The translations under genes and the position numbers were made by a program. A DNA stretch of 64,000 nucleotides from Phallusia mammillata (lineage: Eukaryota). The notes beneath the pieces are model-generated. The model worked only from the letters and a program-made list of their open reading frames with translations, had not been told where the DNA came from and searched no databases. Below, piece by piece: positions 1-13,213 of the stretch (position 1 is its first letter; every line of letters begins with the position of its first letter). The stretch is from the NCBI GenBank assembly GCA_965637545.1, contig OZ281496.1, forward strand, positions 13,516,001 to 13,580,000. Reading direction: 5' to 3'.

Positions 1-475
1 ATAAAGAGAATGAGTGCATAGCTCCATTAAATAATGCACTTACTGATGTTGAGGTTGACCCAGTGTCAGTATCTGCCAACACAGATTCAGGCATGAAAGA
101 TTTTTTTTTCACCTGAAACACTAAAAAAATGTCAAACAATTATAAACCAGCCAGCTATTTAAACATATGAAAAAGTTTCAATACCTGTCCATGGTATCCG
201 CAATTGCATTTAACCAAAGAACCAAACAAATCTTTACCAGACACATTTGTCAATCTTTTCTAACACCTTTGCCCATTTAGAGCCAGGTTTCGGCCTTTGG
301 CCACGCTGAAACTTGAATGAGCCATTGATATAGTGCTCTATACGCACATTCCATTGCTTGTCAGATGGTCCTGATTTAGGCATGTCTATTGTAAATTTGT
401 AAGTCTATAATGCAAACCCAAGGTGTTCAGTAAAAAGTAACACAACTTTAGCACATATACCAAAACAACTTTTGC

Positions 476-851
476 TGGCACTGGCAGTTAACATTTGTAG
501 AAAATTTCTCTAACAAACTTGACAAAAACTAATGCACAGAGAAAACTTTGTAGAACTCGAGCACATACCAAAACACTTTTCCTGCCCTTGTCTGTAATAG
601 CACCTCACATTTGTCAAAAGAACTTAAAAAATAAAGGATTACAGTAAAAGCTTTGATTGTTGGCACTGGCAGTTAACATTTAAAAAAAAATTCTCTAACA
701 AACTTGACATAAATTAATGCACACAGACTAACAGAGAAAACTTTAAAGAACTCGAGCACACACCAAAACACTATTCCTGCCCTTGTCTATAATAGAACCT
801 CACATTTGTCAAGAGAACTTAAAAAATAAAGGGTTACAGTAAAAGCTTTGA
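476..851. repeat. Tandem duplication, two ~185-190 bp diverged units
   Basis: tggcactggcagttaacattt...ctcgagcaca...acagtaaaagctttga occurs at ~476-655 and ~661-851. Confidence 0.8.
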
Positions 852-1505
852 ACAATTATGGCAGCAGCACAAACCATTCTGGTTTAACCAGCAGAACAAC
901 TATTTCTGTCAAAGCATAAAGCAGTTTGCAGCACATAAACTTGAAATGTGAATGAAGCTATTCTAAGCTGTCTTTTCAAACATCTCAAGTCTTTTTTTGT
1001 TAATTAAGAGGCCAGGAAGTTGTAGTACATCAAGCTACGGGAGATCACACTATTTTACACAAGCTTCCCGCCTTTCTGTCTACAAGCTTAATTACTCTGA
1101 GCGCAAAACTACAGGGAAAAGAGCATGACGTCAGTTAAACTACTCTCCATCATGTAATAACCTTAAACAAAGCGATTTCACACCCTAAAAAGCCGCGACG
1201 GCCTAGTTCTGCGGCGTTGCCAAGGTCGCACCGGCTTCGCGTAACGACAATTCCCAAATTCCCAATACTGTTTCAGTCACGTGATATTTGGACCAATCAG
1301 ATCGCGAATCCCAATATTCCCAATTTTGTTTCAATATTGGAGACGAACGGTCGCGCACGTCTAACTCAATTGCAAACCACTTTGACTTGTTAGATGCCAT
1401 CTTGTGTAACAGGTCGCTGACACAACCGCAAGTATTGGAATCTGGCTCAGTCCAAGGTTGTTAGACTAGGGCTTCGATGTTACAGTGTGTATTTGTTTTT
1501 GTTAG

Positions 1506-2160
1506 ATTATGTTCTGGAGGCATGCGAGGAAGATATTTTTGTGACTGGTAGTGTAGATGAAGCACAAAGATCTTTTACTGATAGTGAAAAAGAAAACCAG
1601 GGACCTCCATCTAAACGAAAGAAATGTGGGTTTCTGGCTAAAATGTTTTTAAGCTAACTTTCTTTTTTTAAAAACCCTTTTTTGCAGTAATTAAACAAAA
1701 AAAAAATGAGCAAATACTACAGAATGTGTGTGGAATGATGAAAGGATTTTTAGAAGAACAGAAAAAAAATCATGATGAAAGGCTTAAGATGTGAATGAAC
1801 TTTCAGGTTTAAAATTTTTCAAATCTTAATGTTTTATTTATATTGTTTTAAAGCAAAAATATGTTAAAACAGATTTAAGGAAAGACAGCTTCAAAAGGAA
1901 AGAGACCATGATTATCGAATGATGCAGCTTATGAGGTATGGTATATTGCATTTCAACTAAACAACTAGTACCTTCAAGTAAAACTCTAAAAACGCATGCT
2001 AGATCAAATTTGTGGAATATATATTTTCCCTAAATGTTGCAGGGAAACTTCACAACCAGCCCCCAAACGCAGTTCTCCAGACAGCTTCTCTTCAAGTACC
2101 AGTGAGCACACATGGAGGAATTTTGCGTCGGAAAATTAATTTGTCATTGATTTCATGTGC
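1506..2160 (+). pseudogene. Multi-exon relic, probably the accessory (Myb/SANT-type) ORF of the adjacent Harbinger element
   Basis: Short AG/GT-bounded exons encode EACEEDIF...KENQGPPSKRKKC and ERQLQKERDHDYRMMQLM. They converge on a Harbinger transposase, the usual two-ORF layout. The Myb domain itself is not seen. Confidence 0.35.
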
Positions 2161-2559
2161 TGCATAACAAATAGCCAAATACAAACTGATTTTATTCTTA
2201 CATCTTTTAATTTATTGCAAATACAGATATTCAGTTTGTTAAAATACATAGTTAACACAAGTAGTTAATCACGAATTTGAGTGCCATTTGTTGCATCATT
2301 TTCGGTTATGCTAGAATCTAGTTCTCGCATTCGGTCCATCTTATCTTGGTTAGTGTCATCAATGAAATCATTGCAACTCTCACAAAGATCTCCAATAAGG
2401 TAATAAGGAAGTACTCTATCTAAAATCAGTGTTGTGCTCTGTATTTTTAAAATTATATGAGTTATTTTACTATTGAAAACAAATAAATCTGAAACATCTT
2501 GCCTTTGAAAGCAGTTGGCCATTCTCAGCCTTTTTACAGATCAGAATTAAACAGAAGAA

Positions 2560-3650
2560 CCCTTGCATCATGTGCCTTTCCAGGCCAGCCAATGTTCACA
2601 TTAATAAAGCTAAAACAAAGTTACAAAACAAATTCATAAAAAAATTTGAAAGTTGCTTACTGAAAATACAGGTGCATGGTAAAAATACATACCGTCCAGT
2701 TTGATCAACAACAGCTTGCATATTGATTGAGTAAAATGACTTTCTGTTCCAGTAATCTTCACCATTTTGTTGGGGTTTTGGAATGACTATATGGCAACCA
2801 TCGATGGCACCGACATAGTTTGGCATTCCTTTTTCCATAGCAAATGCCATGGCAACCTCTCCAATGGAGTCATGTTTGGGGAATTTTACCACAGAAGGCA
2901 TGAGCACTACAACAATAGATTCACACACTTCCATTGTGATTTGTTCAACAAAATAAAGTAAATTAACATTAAATTCACAAAAGGTTTCATACATTTTACA
3001 GAATACAACCGTAGTAGACAACAATCAAAAGCACTAACAATCACAGTCATGTTTAGTAAATACAAATTTTAAAAAAATAGACAGCTTTTTTTTGTTTACA
3101 GCTGTGCTGTAACTTATTTCCATCACAATAAATTATATTTTATCATACTGAACCATTTTTTTCTGAAGATTATATTTATTTTATGATGTACTGCGTATCT
3201 TTTATCAAATCACCATAAATAAGCAATTGATTACACATGCTTTTACCACATGTACAGTTGACTTTCCAAGTCCAAAGTGTTCCCCCAATGAACGGTAATC
3301 AATTCCACTTCGCAATCGCCAAAGTGCAACCGACATTTGACAGAAATTGTTATTCGCCAATGTGTTATCTTTTTCTTGATGTTGTTGCTCAATTTTTCAT
3401 ATAACAAGTCAAAAGTAACTCAACAAAAATGGACTGACTGTGTTGTTAGTTTTGCAAATGCATTACAAATATTTTGGCATTAAATGGTTACCATTGGACT
3501 CTGAGATGATATGGATAATCACTATCAGTCCATTGAAGTAAGACTCGCTCCCAGTATCCAAAATTTGTCCTTGTTGTCACCGATCTTAATTTTATGTTTG
3601 TTTGAGCTTACACTGCAGCAGGCAAAGTGAATGAACGCTTCAGTAAAAAT
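2560..3650 (-). mobile_element. Degenerate PIF/Harbinger (HARBI1-like, DDE_Tnp_4) transposase
   Basis: ORF 2596-3024 has GMPNYVGAIDGCHIVIPKP...YWNRKSFYSINMQAVVD. About 3235-3335 encodes VALWRLRSGIDYRSLGEHFGLGKSTV (HTH). Fragmented. Confidence 0.85.
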
Positions 3651-5951
3651 TAGTGTCTATCTTTAGTATGTTTGCAACGTAAAAAAGGCCGGAAGAGAGG
3701 TTGATGTCGTGTGCCGAATTAGACACATTCGTCCTTTAGGTCAGTTTTTGCTCCAAACATAAAACTAAACTAATTAATTTAACGTTACGCGACAAAAGGT
3801 GAGGCATTTGTTAAAAGTTGAATACTGAGTTTTGTGTTTAGAATGTCAAAATAGTTGTATTTTTTAGTTTAAATCTGCAATTACCATCATGGTATATTAC
3901 AGTAGTTTAAATAAGCCAGGCTTGGAGTATAATTAAACATACCTTTGTTGACTAACAGGCTGTTTGTTAATTTAATTGTTTTCTTTTGTGACAACGCAAC
4001 CTTTGATAATATTGTTTTTGTTTACTCTGGAGTCAATCAAAAACATATTTTTTTGCACCTTGTCCAAACATAAAACACCGTGAAGTAAAAAATGAATCCT
4101 AAGCGGTTTTATAGTGAAAGTACAAACTACATAGTGCGATTGCCACCTGATTATGATAGTGAAGACAGTATGCTGTGAAGATAGTAAGTTGCTACCACTG
4201 ATCTCTATAAACACTGGATTGCGCTACTCCGTTGAACGGTTTGGAAATTTTTGAAGCAAATTGAAGCGTAATGGCGGCTGAAAAGGAAGCCCCAAAAATG
4301 CATTGCGGGCAATGGGGAGAGAGTGGAAAAATGACGATAATTTTTATTTTAGGCATTTGTGTAGCGATTTTTGCAGATATGATTTGTAGATTAATAGGAC
4401 GCATGTATTCCAGTGTGTAATAACCAATAAATATGCGTAGACTGATTGTGATGAGTATTAGTGTATGTGTACTGGGAATACATTATTCAGTTAATGTTGA
4501 AATAAATCATTATTAAGTGGTAATAAATGTTTTATTGTGCAATATAAGTAGTTTACATGCATTTATTATTATTTAAGACACAAATCCAACAAGAACGGCT
4601 ATTTTCTTCACACAAGACGATGTGATACTTTATTTAGCATCACCCGTGCTGATCCAAACTGCTGTTTTTGATTGTCAGCAAAGTCTTGGAGCTAAAATAT
4701 GGCTGTTTAAAAGTTTTTTTGTAGTAGGTTCAACATTATTTTGCTTTTATGTTACAAACCATAAATCTAGTAAGCTCACAATTAGCTCATTCAATCTACC
4801 CTTTTCAGTTTGCAACCAACATTTGTTAATTTTTTCTAATGTTGTGAATTCTCAAACTACAAACTCTTAACAAAATTCTAATATCTCAAAGAGATACATG
4901 TGCATATAAATGCATTTACGACAACATAGCAGTTAGGGTGGACAAGTTTAACTACCCAAATGAGTTGCCTATTTATGTACTATTTTAGTCAGAATCATGA
5001 AATATTGTTTTTATTCTACTTAATAAGCAATTTTCTGCAAAAATACACCTGCACACCAGTTATCACTTAAATTCTTGCTAAACAGGACTGAAGGCAACAA
5101 ATACACCAGCCAAGTTCATACAGATATCCTGTATTTTTTGTCAGATGATCACCATCATAACAGATTCACAAAATAAAAAAAAACTCATATCATGTTACAG
5201 GCAGTGTCAAAAATGATTACAAAAAATACACAGTGGAAGTAGAACAGTATACACACAAAAAAATATTTAATCTGATTCCAATCCCTCTGCAGTGTATTTG
5301 TTGTCGAACAAGGCTGGATTGTAATCTTGCAGTGTCATAAAGCTAGAGGGTTTGGGAGGAGACTGAAACAGTGCAGTGGAATTTTACCAGAGACAATAAA
5401 GGTTGCTTATTGGAAAAATATAAACCCTATTATGTCTGAAATGTTTGGAAACAAATTTATCATAAATGTAAAATGGAATTGCAAAATTTCATAATATCAC
5501 CATGGCAAGATGATAAAGACCCAAACCAAATGCACGCTCAATCGAGAAAAAAAGTCAAATAGTGTTAAAATAGTTGAAATATTATTTTAGTTTTTTGTGA
5601 TTTTAATTAAAACGTTATTCCACATGTTGGTCAGAATTTCCTGAAGTTTGATAACAGTCAAAAACAGCAGTTTGGATTAGCACAAAATGTCACACAACGA
5701 ATTACATCATCTTATGTGAAGGAAGTAGCCAAACTAGCCATCTTGTTGGATTCATGTTTAAAATACGTAAAAAAGCACGCAAACCACTTATATTGCATAA
5801 TAAATCATTTATTTCCACTTAGTAATGATTTGTTTCAACACTAACTTAATAACGTATATCCAGTACACATACACATTACAGTCAATCTACGCATATTTAT
5901 AGGTTATTACACACTCGAATACATGCGTCCTATTACTCTACACATCATATC

Positions 5952-6400
5952 CAGGCCCCACGAGAGGGGGGTGCAGCCGGTGCGCCGCACCGGGCCCCAT
6001 GAGAGTCTAGGGGGCCCATAATTATTAAGTTGAAGATTCCAGGGTGAAATGTGTACTTTTAAAATTTTAAAACTAAAAAATGTTGATGCTGATTGCCGAA
6101 TGTGGAGTTTGATTTGTTTGTAATGCAATTCTATGCAACAAGTTTTGTGATTGTTAGGTTGGTGCATGCGCGAATTGCAGCGAGATCTCTTTTTGATGTT
6201 TCTCCTTTTTTGTGCCACGGTTGTGTCCGTTGTTTGGTAAGAATTTTGCACATTTGCGCTGACTACATAGTGCTGGTGAGTTTTTTTGGACGTTATAATA
6301 GCATTTGTTACACGTATTTGATTTGGTCACAGCTTTGGTAGTGAGCGAGGTACTTTATTGGACCATATTTGTTAAAGTACATAAGCGATAAAGCGACAGT

Positions 6401-6434
<34 letters not shown>

Positions 6435-7582
6435 TGCCTTCGACCCTACGTATGAACATTTTTAATTGGTCTGTACGTACCTATGTGAAAATTACCGTCA
6501 AAGCAGTTATTATTTTAAACAAATTAGCAGTAATGGGGTCTCGTGTCCGACTTGAGTCACATTTTTCGAAAGCTTGACGTGAGTCTTCTCAGCTGTGAAA
6601 AGACTTGACTTGACTCGGTATACCAACAAAAACAGGAAATATTTTGCCAGATAACCTGTTCAGTTGGCTTTAACCAAACAATAGCAAAACTTTACTGTGC
6701 AATTTTTTGTTGGTATACCGAGTATATATATATTTGAGGTCATTTCATGCGGCCCTCGACCATATTTTTTGGTTTGCGAAATCGTATTGATGACTTCGTA
6801 ACATTCAAAAATTAAACTACTCCCTAAGAAAGTTTTCCTGTCGCGATATGTGGAATTGATATTACCTAGTTTCATAAGATTACATCGCCTATGATTGATT
6901 CAAAGCCAGTTTGTTACGTCACAGACAAGACTACAAGTGCTGATTGTGCGCAAACAATTGCCTTCCTAGGTTAATTATGACGTAATATACAAGCATTGCT
7001 AGTAAGATGAAACGATACCAGGGGACTGCAACCACTGGCTCGCGCCGCTCCCGTGTCAAGGTTGGCACGCTAGGTGTTTTTTATGACACGCCAACCGATT
7101 TGTGTGTTATTTTGAAGTATCAATTTAACTTGTTACACTGCTTGTTTATAGTTTTTATCATGCCACGGTCTTCAATTCAGTCGTTGGCACGCGTCGCCTA
7201 AAAGGTTGCCGATCCTCGAACTATACAGTTTAACAGTCGCATTACCCGATTTTGGGATTTTAGAAATACCATGTCTTGGCGCTGCAAAAGGTTGTGGTGA
7301 CCCCTGGTTTAAGAGAACACAGTACATGTCAAGACCAATATTTTCTTTTGAGCGTTTACTTTGCTGTACGAACGCTATAGTGCATGCAGTAAAAAGAAAG
7401 GAATTTTAGGTTTTTAAACCTGTAAAGGTTGACGTTATTGTCCAAGCTGTTTAATGAGTGCGGCTAGCTTGCTTTTGGCGAATGAACTTATTAAACGCTT
7501 GATCATCAGCACACAAATAGACTTCAAAGAGGGGCCCAGAAATTGACTTGCACCAGCATATTTTTTTCTCTCCAGGGCCCTG
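5952..7582. mobile_element. Non-autonomous hAT element inserted in the right TIR of the foldback-like element
   Basis: Imperfect TIRs caggccccacgagag / ctctccagggccctg; perfect 8-bp TSD atcatatc at 5944-5951 and 7583-7590. Confidence 0.85.
6403..6433. repeat. (TG)n microsatellite
   Basis: About 15 TG units. Confidence 0.95.
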
Positions 7583-7789
7583 ATCATATCTGCAGAAATC
7601 GCTATACAAATGCCTAAAACAAAAATTATCGTCGATTTTCCACACTCTCCCCATTGCCCGCAATGCATTTTTGGGGCTTCCTTTTCAGCCGCCATTACGC
7701 TTCAATTTTCTTCAACCGTGACGGCCAGTAGCGCAATCCAGGGTTTATAGAGATCAGTGGTTGCTACTGCAAGTACAACAAATATAGGC

Positions 7790-10700
7790 AACGAATTTTA
7801 GAAAAATCTGAGAAGCGTTTTGGAGAACCCTTGATGAAGTTAATCACACAGGACAGAACTTCAAGTGCTGTAACTGCGTGGTGATTTTGGCTGAAGCACT
7901 CCTGAACAACTAAATTAATTTGGTGTCCAGCGCAATACACATATGTTGCCAAGGGATTTATTTCTGTGAATCTTTTCTGCACCCCGCTTATATGGCCTCT
8001 CATATTAGCTAGACTGTCCTCTGCACATCTGTATGTCTATGTTTAAAGACAACAAGGCTTGCTGTATGGTGTTAAAAATGTTCAAAGCCGTAGTTGTCTC
8101 CACCGAGTAAAAGCCGATGAAATCTTCGTGCACTAAGAGCGAATCATCAACGTGATGTAAACAAATCGATAATTGTTCTTTTCTGCTAATGTCGGCAGTC
8201 TCATCAGCAATAACACTGTATCATTTCGATTTATGAATTTTTTTCACCAAATTTCGTGACAACTTTGGTTTAAAAATTCATTCTGAATTTCCGGTCCAGT
8301 CCACTTAAACTTACTCGGCCTGTTAATCCATCCCTTAATTTCCTGGTTATACTTAGAACAAAATTTTAACAGCTGTTTAAAATTTGATTCTTCTTCAGTG
8401 TGCCCTCTCAGTGATTGACCTTGTCTTGCCAAGTACAAAACTGCACCAAATATTGCTTTTAATCCTCGTCTATTCTCCTCTTTCGATTTTACAGATTTGC
8501 GACAAATGGTATTAATCATGTCCTGGCTTCCGTCTTCATTTAATTTAGCACTGAGGCATTCGTTGTGATGGCTGCTCTCATTACGCTTCTGTATAGCGCA
8601 GGCATGTCGCTTTGGTGCGGCCCCAACGATTTTTTTGTTGAGTTGACTTCTACTGTTGTGAAGCTTCAGTGATTTAAAAGTTCATCAATAATCCAGTTTA
8701 TTTCCTTGATTTGAAATGTTTTTAATACAAGAAAATACATACGGTAAAAAATATTATGTTGTAGCCATTAAAACCGCACCTTGTAAACCAACAACGATGG
8801 GTTGTGTAGTATGGCACAATCAAGCGTGACTACTGGCTGTAATGCAACTGAGCGTGACATGGGCTGCGTAACAGAGGACAGATTAATGGGTATGTCATAA
8901 CGCCGAGTGCACTCGTCAATGGGGCTGTAAAAAATAGTACTTTTAACATGGATGCGCCTATCCTTCAAGTGACCAGTGCTATTCCAGCTAAGAAAAAAAG
9001 AAAATTAGCCGAGGAGAGGCGATTGTTTAATGAAAGATGGGAATTGCAGTATTTCTGTACAAGTTTAAATGGTAAGATACATTGTTTAATTTGCAATAAC
9101 AGCATCAACACGCCAAAAGAGTACAATTTGAAAAGACATTATGAAGCAAAACGTCGATCTTATGATAAATTTGAAGGTCTTCTGCGTGTTTCAAAACTAA
9201 ACGAATTCAAGGCAAACTTGACACAACACCTGCTTTAGGCAAATTTACAAACACAATGTTGCTTCGGTTACTGCAAGTTATGAACTCTGTAGAATGATTG
9301 CCATGAAAGGGAAATCTTACATTGAAGGAGAATTTGTAAAACAGTGCTGTGTAAAAACAGCTGAGATCGTTTGTCCAGAGAAGGCACATTTGTTCAAGGA
9401 GATATCATTAACCAGAAACACTGTTGCTGAGCGAATAGATGAATTGGCAGATGATTTGAAACAACAACTTAAGTCAGTTTCACCCAAATTTGAACATTTT
9501 TCTATTGCTATTGATGAGAGCGTCGACCTCAGTGGAATAGCACAGCTTGCAGTCTACATCAGAGCCTGTGACAGTGAATTCAACATTATTGAGGAAATTA
9601 TTGAGCTGATCCCCATGCATGACACTACAACAAGTCAGGATATCTTTGAGAAAGTTGAGCAAGTTCTAGATGACTATAATCTTGACTTGAGTAAACTTGC
9701 ATGCTTATCTACTGATGGTGCTGCAAATATGGTTGGCCGACATAATGGTGTTGCTGCCAAGTTAAGAAAAAAGGTAGAAGAGTTGCATCCTGGCTCATCA
9801 ATGGCACATTTTCACTGTATAATTCTTCAGCAAAATTTGTGTTCGAAAATGTTAAAACTGGATCATGTGCTTAGTTTGGTCACAAAGAAAGTGAACTATA
9901 TTAAAGGTCGTGCTCTCAATCACCGCCAGTTCAGCCAATTGTTGGAAGATATGGGTAATCATGTTCCATTCTACACAGAAGTCCGCTGGTTATCATGTCA
10001 AAAAGTTCTAAAAAGATTTTATTTGTTGAGAAAAGAAATAATCATATTTTTGGAAATGAAAGGTCAAAACACTGATGAATTAAAAGATGAAAACTGGCTC
10101 CAAGATCTTGCTTTTGCTGTGGATATTATGGAACAATTGACTGATCTTCTAAAATTGCAAGGTAAAAACAAACTTATTACTCAGTTGTATGATGACATTA
10201 AGTGCTTTATTGCCAAGTTAAGCCTATGGAAGTCACAGCTGTCAAAGGAAAATTTGGTTCATTTTCCTACATGTGAAGAGCTGAAAAAGGCTACCACTAC
10301 TTGTGTACTTGAATTTGCCAAGTATAGCAGTCATCTTCACTTGTTGTCAAATGAATTTCAGAAAAGATTTTATGATTTTTCATCTTTTGAACTTCAATTT
10401 TTATTATTTTCTGCGCCATTCACCTTCGATGTTACTAAAGCTGAAGAAAGTCTGCAGATGGAATTATTAGAAATGCAGTCAGATTCTACACTCCGATCAA
10501 AGTATCTTGAAGTAGGAATACCTGGCTTTTTTCATATCTTCCTGAAAATTTTAAGAACTTTAGAAAGTTTGCCACTAAAATTATGTCCATGTTTGGTTCC
10601 ACTTATGTGTGTGAACAGCTGTTTTCCTTTATGAAAACAGCTAAAACCACCCAAAGAACAAGGCTGACAGATCGGCATTTGTCATCACTAATCAAAGTTG

Positions 10701-11400
10701 GAGTTGCACAGACACTTCAGCCCGATATACCAAAAATTGTCTGCAAAAAAAGATGTCAAACCTCGGGACAAAGCACTAATACTAACTGATAAGTAGCAAA
10801 TACCTGCTGCAGTTTTAAAATATAGTCTGTTTAGAATGATGTTCATAATACTGTTGGTCAGAACAAGTAGTGTAATTACTTCGTTGTCTGGTATTGATAA
10901 GTGTGATTAAAACAATTGTTTGCATCAAACACGAAATTGTGTGTCAAGGTATATAGCAAATTATCGATGAACAAATAGTTTGACATTACTGTATATGTGC
11001 CATTAGCTTGTGTGCTGCCCGGATGATTACATAACATGACGCATGCGGCCCTTGGAGGACTGTGAGTTTGACATGCCTGGTATAGCGTACATTGCTTTTC
11101 GCCACGAATTGAAACCCTCGATCCACTTTTTTCCCTGGCCGTCTAAAATATTTTTAACCCCTGGCCTTACGCGGTTATTTGCAAGAGCCCACGAACACAC
11201 GCTGCATGTCATTGCATCTTTTTCAGGATCATATTGGACCCATGTAAATTCTTTAGACAATTTTTCTTGAAACTTTCGGCCACCGGTTGATTCCTTTACG
11301 TAACCGCGGGCGGCGTCAGTGGTCATGGGCTGTGTGAGCAGAGTCATAGAAACAATAGAAGAACTTTCGGCTGTTTCTGCACCAGGCTGACTTGTATCTG
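7790..11400 (-). mobile_element. Degenerate ZMYM1-like (Tip100-group) hAT transposase, split by a Buster element
   Basis: Fragments RKFQEKLSKEFTWVQYDPEKDAMTCSVC (11027-11347), LYLARQGQSLRGHTEEESNF (8244-8519), SVIADETADISRKEQLSICL (~8160-8220) and YVYCAGHQINLVV (7764-8003). The frame rejoins as WRKAMYAIQKRNESSHH once the insertion is removed. Confidence 0.85.
8599..11079 (+). mobile_element. hAT Buster/SPIN-type element with frameshifted GTF2IRD2-like transposase
   Basis: TIR caggcatgtc / gacatgcctg; TSD gtatagcg (8591-8598, 11080-11087, central TA). ORFs 8948-9238 (CLIC..KEYNLKRHY), 9294-10634 (SIAIDES, TDGAANM, HCI, EVRWLS) and 10583-10789 (FGSTYVCEQLFS). Confidence 0.92.
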
Positions 11401-12079
11401 CCCTTTTCTCATCTTCCTCTGATTTTGCGCCGCACCCCCGTACTCTACGCCAGTGATTGCACTTATAGGTAACGAAGAGTGATTGGGGTATCTAGTGTTG
11501 CTGTGCCAAAGCCTCAAAACACGCTTTTTATATTCGTCCTGAATGTCATTAGTATCCTTTTTCCATGTAATGTTATTATACGTTCCCTTTCAAACGCAAA
11601 AAGCTTGTTCAAACTGTCACATGGGGAGAGTATGATTTTTCCAAAATAAGTTTATTTTGAAAAGGTTATTAGCGGATGTGTCATCAAACCCAATAAGAAC
11701 ATGGTTTTTAAACTACAAAGCAATTGCTTTTGCCAAATGATTTATCGCGTTTTCATTTGGCCCGCCAATTTTAATTTAAGGGTTGTTGCAAACTACATGT
11801 GAGCAAATTTGATTGTTTGAACCATTTTTATAATTGTTTTAGCACACACAAGATGCATAGGTAGGCAGAGAGAAGACACACATAAAGAAAGGAAGGAACA
11901 GCTGAGTCCTGTGGATTAGTAAAAACCCACGGCTAGTATTCATTCCTCTTGTCTGTATGCCTTGAACGTTGTTAGCTTTGTCGGAGCCGTTACCTTCACC
12001 GACGAAGGAGCTACCTTCGTTGGAGCTGTATTTTTTTTAGCTTTACTCTTTTACTATCTACGTTGGCGCAAAGTCTGCT

Positions 12080-12750
12080 TCTGTTGACTTTCCACGTTCA
12101 ATTGATTGCACAGGATTATGCTTGCGGACAGCAACTTCTCGACCTGATATTTGAGGATACTCGTGTATTGATAAAGCCCCAAATCGGAAAGATGGAAGTT
12201 CCCATTGCAGCAATCATCGAGGTCTTGCCAACTACTGTTCGAGAATTACGTTGGAACCGGCAACGCATTCCATATGGTCTCCCGCCTGCTGGAGGATAGC
12301 TGAAACAGCAATCTACACAGAAAAAAATCTTGTACAAATTCATAAAAAATCATCAATGCAGTGTCAACAAAACACCTTGGCCTGTGGATAGGATTTCTTG
12401 CACGCGTCAATCAGTTTCTCTCCTTTATCGATGTGGTGGGTAAAACGACACTGCCCAGATGCAATGTCGTTTGTTCCCAGGGCAAGAATAACTAGGTCCA
12501 CAACAATGAAGCGGCTTCCTCCAGTTAGCTCCAAACACCCTTGCTTCATTTTTCCACCTGGAAGAGAGACTGCAGATAGAGTGAAGAGTTACTCTGATTA
12601 CTCACCACGCGAGGACTGTGCCGTTGCTGTCCGTCACTAGCAACACAAAAGGAAGTGGCGACTTCGCAGCACAGGGATACCGTCTGCTTCTCGCTGACAC
12701 CAAATGGATAATCCACAGGACGTGTCCTCTTTCCTCGTCATTGAGCCATA
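12080..12750 (-). pseudogene. SGNH/GDSL hydrolase-like gene relic (copy 1)
   Basis: Blocks LLVTDSNG (~12620-12650), SLPGG, DLVILALGTNDI, an intron after YPQAK, then GNFHLSDLGLYQY; stops and frameshifts present. Confidence 0.7.
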
Positions 12751-13213
12751 TTGCTTCTTCATTTCTTTTCACTAGTCTTCACTTTAACGTTATGAAACAC
12801 TGTTTTACACAAAGAAATTTCATGAGTCATAATTTTCCCAATTTATTTTTCATTTATGGGTAAATTTCGTTCTTATGGAAATCAATGCTTACATAATGGG
12901 GTTGTTCAGCCGAAACCAAAAAATTCGCTAGGTGGCAGCACCTTCCGGCCATAAAGTGCACTTGTTATAGTTTGGCTGGTGTTTTTTAGTCCGAAATGTT
13001 TCTAACGTTTTATTAGACTAACAAATATTGTAATGTACGACGAATTTGGATTAATAGCGGGATTACTGTGCGTACTTCTGGCTAAAATAATGTTTATTTC
13101 TCTCTGCCCAAAGCATTGCAGCTGAACAGTAGTTTCATTAGATGTGAGTGGACTAAAACTTTTGATGGAAGCTTTGCAATAGTGTTGTAGGAATGCCATC
13201 ATACTGTTGTGTT

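Larger units (their letters stand above)
4196..7759. mobile_element. Non-autonomous DNA transposon with ~480-bp imperfect TIRs (foldback-like) and 8-bp TSD GTTGCTAC
   Basis: Ends cactgatctctataaac.ctggattgcgctact are inverted. gttgctac at 4188-4195 and 7760-7767. Left arm 4196-~4680 matches the reverse complement of ~5655-5951 plus 7583-7759. Confidence 0.85.

Noticed and set aside
40-410. Minus-strand exon-like segments at the window start
   Set aside because: Splice signals are present but the peptide has stops and no recognisable family
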